Shown here: piece by piece, positions 58,989 through 64,000 of the stretch
Layout: every line of letters begins with the position of its first letter
How positions within the stretch are numbered: position 1 is the first letter of the stretch
Virus record (IMG/VR): IMGVR_UViG_3300042387_001477
DNA length: 64,000 nt
Origin: an uncultured virus (IMG/VR IMGVR_UViG_3300042387_001477)
Taxonomy: Duplodnaviria; Heunggongvirae; Uroviricota; Caudoviricetes
Strand: one strand, 5' to 3'
Translations under genes and position numbers: made by a program
Notes under the pieces: generated by a model
The model's database searches: none
Seen by the model: only the letters and a program-made list of their open reading frames with translations
What the model was told of the DNA's origin: nothing

Positions 58989-61966
58989 TAGAGTCTTGTG
59001 TTGAGTTTAAACGCAGTTGCGCTATCTATACTTGAGAATGATCCAGAAGAATAATCTAGTTGCTCAATTGGAGTCAACAATGTAGTACTTGAAATTATAT
59101 TAGTTCCACCCATCATAATATATGTATCTGGATTTGGCTTGAAGTCTTTGAATGCTTGGACATAATCCATACTATTTTTTTGTAACTGAGCACCATTTGT
59201 CTTTGGAGTTCCAGTTAACATCTGGAACAATTCTCCTAGATTTTTAGCAATGTCATCATAATTAATTGGTGGCGGTTGCGATTCTTGCTGAGATTCTTCC
59301 GACTCTTTTACTGTATTCGGGGATGCAGCTGGAGATTGTGAAGGTTGAGCAGGTCCACTAGTTGCACTTCCAGGGGCACCACCTTTCCTCAATAATCCAA
59401 ATAGACCTTGTGATAATGGATCAACCTTACCATTTAAAGTCTCTGCTAAATCTTTTTGAGTTGTGTGTTGCTCTAAATGTAAATGTGGCCCACCAGATCT
59501 ACCAGAGCCAGGTGCTCCTGGTGCGCCACCACTTAATGCAACAATTGCATTTGGTGTGAAATCGCCACCCTGCTTTACCCAATTGGGGATAGAGCTTAGG
59601 TGTGCAAGTCTGGCAATCTTTCCATCGGATAACTTAAGATCCATGTATTGACCATAGCCACCATTTGCTTCTCTTTCTTTACTGGAACTTCTAGCAACTT
59701 TAAGAAATTTTCCACCTAAAGTAAATGATAAAGGAGTTCCAGATGGAAATGCAATATCAATTCCTTCATGAGAATTTTTTCTAAATGATTCTTTATTTCC
59801 AAACTTACTCGTAATATCTCCTCTTGAAACTAAACCACCTTGTTGCATCTTAGGGACACCCGCAGTATTAAAGGTGTGCCGTTTATATACAGTCTCATTA
59901 ACCTTCTGAGATCTATCATTGCTTGCACCTGCATCATAGTTTCTAAATCCAGTTGAATTGATTAGAAATTTTATACTATTTTCACTAACTCCTTCAGCTT
60001 CCAATGCTTGTCTCAACTTAGACTTATCCATTCCCATTTGCAAAGCTTTCTCTGCAAGGTTCAGTGATCCTTCACCCCACTGCTTGTTAATAGTGCCACT
60101 TTGAACTGGAGTATATTGAACACTGTCTTTGGCGTATATTATTCCACGAATAGTTTTATCAGTTGCATGGAATAATCCAGGAGAAGCACCACCATCTAAA
60201 ATTCGCTTTCTATTCAACACAGAATTGACAACCAATGCCATTCCAACAACACCTTCACCTGCAGCTTCTGCAAGTGCTAGTTGCTTTAATAAAGTTCTAT
60301 CGTCAGCGTCAGATAAATCTACTTCCCCACCAACTTCACCAATATCCCCATTTCTAGTTGTATCACCTGGGCGTGTTTTCTTTTTAGACTTTTTAGTAAA
60401 GTCTAGATTGATAATATTGTTTAGAATATCTCCAAGAATTTCACGAACACTATTCCCAGAATTGTATCTGGCTTTTTTAGCCTCTTCTGCAGTTTCCTTT
60501 TTCTTGATTAAATTAATGGTTTTATTCAGACCAAGTATTTTAGCAACTTCCTCGTTGTCATTTTGCTCTGGAAGTTTAGTAGTTAAAGGTGTAGTCTTAC
60601 CTCCAATATTAGAAGTGAACACATAGTTGGTAGATCCAAACTCTCTTCTGTATGGAGCTAGTAAACTAGATGCATATGGTCTAATCGTTAAGCCAACAGG
60701 ACCCAATGAAGATATAACTGCATCTATCCCCCCAATCATAGAAGATGCAACTATACCCATAGGAGCATTTAATATAGTTCTATCATAAATTTTTGGTAGC
60801 GGAATAACTGCTTCTGGCCCAGCCTCACCAATCAAAGCCCTGGTTGGCTTGGTTACAATACCACCAACAGCAAGTGCAGGTTCTTTAGGTGCGGTGAATC
60901 CTTTAAAGAATCCGTATAATTTATCACCAACCCAGTCTCCAATAAATCCACCAACAAATGCACCAAGTCCAGCACCAGCTGCAGTTCCTGCAACAGGAAC
61001 GATGCTTCCCAATGCGCCCATTACAATACCACCTAGCCATGCTCCAATCCCAGCACCAATTGCTTTGACTGCAGCCTTGTCTAGTGGATCACCAAAAATT
61101 AGATTTAATCCAAAGCCAAGTATAGGTCCAATGAAAGGTATTCTAGTTAAAGGCTTGGCAATATTTTTTGCAGTATTTTTTACAAACTCTTTTGCACTTC
61201 TGAATCCAATTTTAGAAGCTACCTTAGTCAGGAGTTTTAAAGTATTCTTTCCAAATACTTTAAGAATTACTCGCTTAACTCCTGCAGTCAATCCTCTGGT
61301 ATATACAACATATAAATTTGGAGTTAATAGTTTAAATAGTCTTCCAAGAGCTTCTTTAAGTTTTCCAGATCCTAATGCTTGGAATACTTTACCAATAGAC
61401 TTTCTATTCTTTAATATCCAAGTAATGTCTTTAAGTATTTTACCTGGAAACAATAGTCTCCTGATAATGAAAAAGCCACCTATGAGTTTAAATATTCCGA
61501 AAAATCTTTCTAAAAAGTTGCTTCCAAATAGAACACTATGAAGTCCACCAAGAACTCCTTCAACTCCAATACCAGCAAGATGATCTATAATCTTAAAAAT
61601 ATTTTTCATGGCTTTGGCGATTTCGCCAATAGATTCAATATTCTCTTTGCGAGACATCCACTGTAATACTTTATATCCTACAAAGAACTTGAACAAATCA
61701 AATAGTTTTATAGACTTATCTTTAAGTTCTTCACGAACAAATCCAGCTTTTCTTTTTGGTTTCTTTGCTTCCTGAAGTCTTTCTTTGTCTCTTAATTTAT
61801 TTCTATCAATAGTATCCTTTTGAATTTTGAAGAATTTTTTTTCCAATTCAAAATTCTGTTTTTTCTGCTTTACTAAATCTTGTGCAATACCCTTTATCGT
61901 CTTGATTTCTCTTAGACGACTATTACCTATAATGGAAGCTGGTCTAACTGGTGTTAAGTTTTCCAT
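58988..61966 (-). CDS. Tape-measure/hub-like virion protein with SleB-type cell-wall hydrolase and M23 peptidase domains
   Basis: Gly-zipper helices; GEAGPEAVIPL; AEAAGEG..GM..V.NSVLNR...QY.PV; HEGIDI...AHL...GPHLHLE. Confidence 0.8.
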   Translation of the reverse strand: MENLTPVRPASIIGNSRLREIKTIKGIAQDLVKQKKQNFELEKKFFKIQKDTIDRNKLRDKERLQEAKKPKRKAGFVREELKDKSIKLFDLFKFFVGYKVLQWMSRKENIESIGEIAKAMKNIFKIIDHLAGIGVEGVLGGLHSVLFGSNFLERFFGIFKLIGGFFIIRRLLFPGKILKDITWILKNRKSIGKVFQALGSGKLKEALGRLFKLLTPNLYVVYTRGLTAGVKRVILKVFGKNTLKLLTKVASKIGFRSAKEFVKNTAKNIAKPLTRIPFIGPILGFGLNLIFGDPLDKAAVKAIGAGIGAWLGGIVMGALGSIVPVAGTAAGAGLGAFVGGFIGDWVGDKLYGFFKGFTAPKEPALAVGGIVTKPTRALIGEAGPEAVIPLPKIYDRTILNAPMGIVASSMIGGIDAVISSLGPVGLTIRPYASSLLAPYRREFGSTNYVFTSNIGGKTTPLTTKLPEQNDNEEVAKILGLNKTINLIKKKETAEEAKKARYNSGNSVREILGDILNNIINLDFTKKSKKKTRPGDTTRNGDIGEVGGEVDLSDADDRTLLKQLALAEAAGEGVVGMALVVNSVLNRKRILDGGASPGLFHATDKTIRGIIYAKDSVQYTPVQSGTINKQWGEGSLNLAEKALQMGMDKSKLRQALEAEGVSENSIKFLINSTGFRNYDAGASNDRSQKVNETVYKRHTFNTAGVPKMQQGGLVSRGDITSKFGNKESFRKNSHEGIDIAFPSGTPLSFTLGGKFLKVARSSSKEREANGGYGQYMDLKLSDGKIARLAHLSSIPNWVKQGGDFTPNAIVALSGGAPGAPGSGRSGGPHLHLEQHTTQKDLAETLNGKVDPLSQGLFGLLRKGGAPGSATSGPAQPSQSPAASPNTVKESEESQQESQPPPINYDDIAKNLGELFQMLTGTPKTNGAQLQKNSMDYVQAFKDFKPNPDTYIMMGGTNIISSTTLLTPIEQLDYSSGSFSSIDSATAFKLNTRL

Positions 61967-61967
61967 T

Positions 61968-64000
61968 TTATGGTGCTAATGGATAATTGATTAATGAATT
62001 CGGTGGAGTTGTGCCTCCTAATGTAGATGTCATTGGTTGAGATCTTGATTCTGTAATAGTTTTATTTGGCTCGCCTAGAGTTATTACATTACCACCAGCT
62101 TTAGTTTGCTGTTTAGCTTGAGCCTGAACTTTTAGATTTTCTCTCTGAACTCTCTGTAGATTTTGGGAGTTTCCAGAAACTGCAGTTGTTATTTTAGGAG
62201 TCTGCGGAGTGGTAACTTCTGGGACTGTAGTGGGTGCAGGACCATTTAACATCTGGAATAGTTTGCCCAACTGCTCAGCAGCTTTGGCTCCCATCTCAGC
62301 AGTAAATGTTGGTGTAGATTCTGTGGAATCATCAGGAGAGTCTGTATTAGTTCTGGATGATGTTTTTCCACTTACAGATGGAATAGCTTTGCCAGAGGAC
62401 CAACTAATTGGATCTATCTTTCCACCAATAGTTCCATTCCAAGAACTACCAATTTCCCAATGTAAATGTGGTCCACTACTTCTTCCTCCTCCATGTCGAT
62501 GCCCACTTAATGCAACTTGTTCACCCGCTTTAATTTGTTCACCTTGCTTTTTAGAATAATCACTTACATGTCCAAACAGAGAATAAACTCCATTGGAACT
62601 TTTTAATACCATGAAATTTCCCCACCCATCAGGATTCTTTCCGGTTTCTTTCACCATTCCATCGAAAGGTGCAAGTAGCGGAGTTCCTACTGGCATTGGA
62701 ATATCTGTTCCGCCATGTCGTGAACTCATTCCTCTGCCTAACGATACACCAGAAGAATCTTCTGGTACAGGAGCCCATCCACCACCAAGCTTTAAAAACT
62801 TTTTAGTTGAAACATTTGGACCACCACTACCAAATCTTGGATACATTCCATAGTTAATAGCATCTAATACTTTTGGACCACCCATTCCCTTGACAGCATT
62901 TCGATTCAGGACATACTCTTGAGGTTCTAACAATGCAGGAATTTTATCTCCACCGCCTTGCCCAGGAACACCACCCTCTCCTTGAGTTGGATACGTGAAT
63001 ATGGAACTCGGCTTAGTAGCTGGAGGAGTGCTCCCTGAAGTGCCACTAGAAGGGGTTCCAGATGGGGCTGGTGGGGTGGAAGGGGGTGGAGGAGGCGTGG
63101 TTCCAGGTGTGGTGGCAGCTTTCTTTTGCTTGCTGATCAGAGCACCAAGAATGTTTCCAAGTAATCCTTTAACTGAAGTATCATTGGTTGGAGAAAACTC
63201 TTCTCCTTTCTGCTGACGTATATTGACTTCATTCTTCCCAAATAATTCAGCTACATTGCCAAGTCCTCCAGAAATTGCAGATGTAACACCACCTACAAAA
63301 TTACTCATTCCCGCAACCAATCCTGCAGGCAAACCAAAGCTAGATGCAATATTAGAAATCAGTGGAAGTATAAATTGTCCTACACCAGGAATTTTAGATA
63401 CTGCAGATGAAATTAATGCTACGATTCCTGCACCAACAATATTAAATGGTAAAGTCAATAGCTTCATGAATTTAGGAATCATCTTATTGGTAGATGCCTT
63501 GAAGCCATCAATACCAAATGATCCCAATTTATCCAGTGGAAGAATTGCTTCTGGTCCTGCCTCACCAACAATCGCTTCAGTTGGTTTAGTTACGATACCA
63601 CCCTTAGCTAACTTAGGAAGAGACTCTTGAGTTTTAGGTCCACTGAATAATGATTTAATAGAACCACCAATCTTGGCTCCAATATTCGCAGCAACATCCA
63701 TCCCTGGGAACAGAGTCTTCAGGATGTTCTTTCCAATATTAGAAAGTGATTCTTTTGCCTTTTCTCCTAGATCTTTTTTACCAGTATCAGATTCTGTTGA
63801 TGGAGTCTGTGGTTCTGCTGGTTTCTTTGCTTCTACTGCTTGATCAGCCTGACCTTCTAGTTCTTTCTGGCTACCAAATAGTCCTTGGGTTAAAACTGAT
63901 TCCAGGAAATTTGGAATCAAATCAGTCATGAATTTTACTGCTAATGTAATTGCATTTGGAATACTTGCAATAACAGAAGTAGCATTTTCAATGGTGGATA
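61968..64000 (-). CDS. Tape-measure-like virion protein with M23 peptidase domain (5' end lies outside the window)
   Basis: GEAGPEAILPL, PALLEPQEYVL, HGGTDI...GHV...GPHLHWE; frame stays open upstream of 63929 (STIENATSVIASIPNAITLAVKF-MTD) to the window edge. Confidence 0.8.
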   Translation of the reverse strand, partial: STIENATSVIASIPNAITLAVKFMTDLIPNFLESVLTQGLFGSQKELEGQADQAVEAKKPAEPQTPSTESDTGKKDLGEKAKESLSNIGKNILKTLFPGMDVAANIGAKIGGSIKSLFSGPKTQESLPKLAKGGIVTKPTEAIVGEAGPEAILPLDKLGSFGIDGFKASTNKMIPKFMKLLTLPFNIVGAGIVALISSAVSKIPGVGQFILPLISNIASSFGLPAGLVAGMSNFVGGVTSAISGGLGNVAELFGKNEVNIRQQKGEEFSPTNDTSVKGLLGNILGALISKQKKAATTPGTTPPPPPSTPPAPSGTPSSGTSGSTPPATKPSSIFTYPTQGEGGVPGQGGGDKIPALLEPQEYVLNRNAVKGMGGPKVLDAINYGMYPRFGSGGPNVSTKKFLKLGGGWAPVPEDSSGVSLGRGMSSRHGGTDIPMPVGTPLLAPFDGMVKETGKNPDGWGNFMVLKSSNGVYSLFGHVSDYSKKQGEQIKAGEQVALSGHRHGGGRSSGPHLHWEIGSSWNGTIGGKIDPISWSSGKAIPSVSGKTSSRTNTDSPDDSTESTPTFTAEMGAKAAEQLGKLFQMLNGPAPTTVPEVTTPQTPKITTAVSGNSQNLQRVQRENLKVQAQAKQQTKAGGNVITLGEPNKTITESRSQPMTSTLGGTTPPNSLINYPLAP

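Noticed and set aside
250..63931. Many short plus-strand and nested ORFs in the track (e.g. 16703-17125, 35497-35892, 60849-61541)
   Set aside because: They are shadows of well-supported minus-strand genes and have no recognisable motifs; only 22343-22924 is supported on the plus strand
63930..64000. A separate gene end upstream of 63929
   Set aside because: The frame of 61968-63929 remains open to the window edge, so this is the same gene truncated by the window

Overview
This window is a fragment of a large T4-like myovirus genome, very likely a cyanophage (cp12, speD, 2OG-Fe(II) oxygenases, T4-type gp5, (A/C)TAAATA late-promoter boxes). Almost all genes are on the minus strand. (1) 1-22.2 kb is an early/accessory region: about 60 small packed ORFs behind sigma70-type promoters, a metallophosphoesterase, an SF2 helicase, an apparently complete Bsp6I-like (GCNGC) type II restriction-modification pair, and an RNA-repair set (Rnl1 ligase, PNK kinase and phosphatase split by a deaminase gene, plus a separate Rnl2-family ligase). 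(2) 22.3-33.2 kb is the most striking locus. Three paralogous 12-repeat Kelch-like beta-propeller genes, each with a constant framework and hypervariable loops, alternate with modifying enzymes (glycosyltransferases, a sulfotransferase, a prolyl-4-hydroxylase-like oxygenase), several behind late-promoter boxes and all directly downstream of tail-fibre genes. (3) 33.2-64 kb is the structural module: tail fibres, a 4568-aa giant protein, speD, two tRNAs, gp5, cp12, a baseplate-hub-like gene and two paralogous tape-measure-like proteins with peptidoglycan hydrolase domains. No CRISPR array, reverse transcriptase or IS element was seen. All family calls come from motif recognition by eye; no database searches were run.
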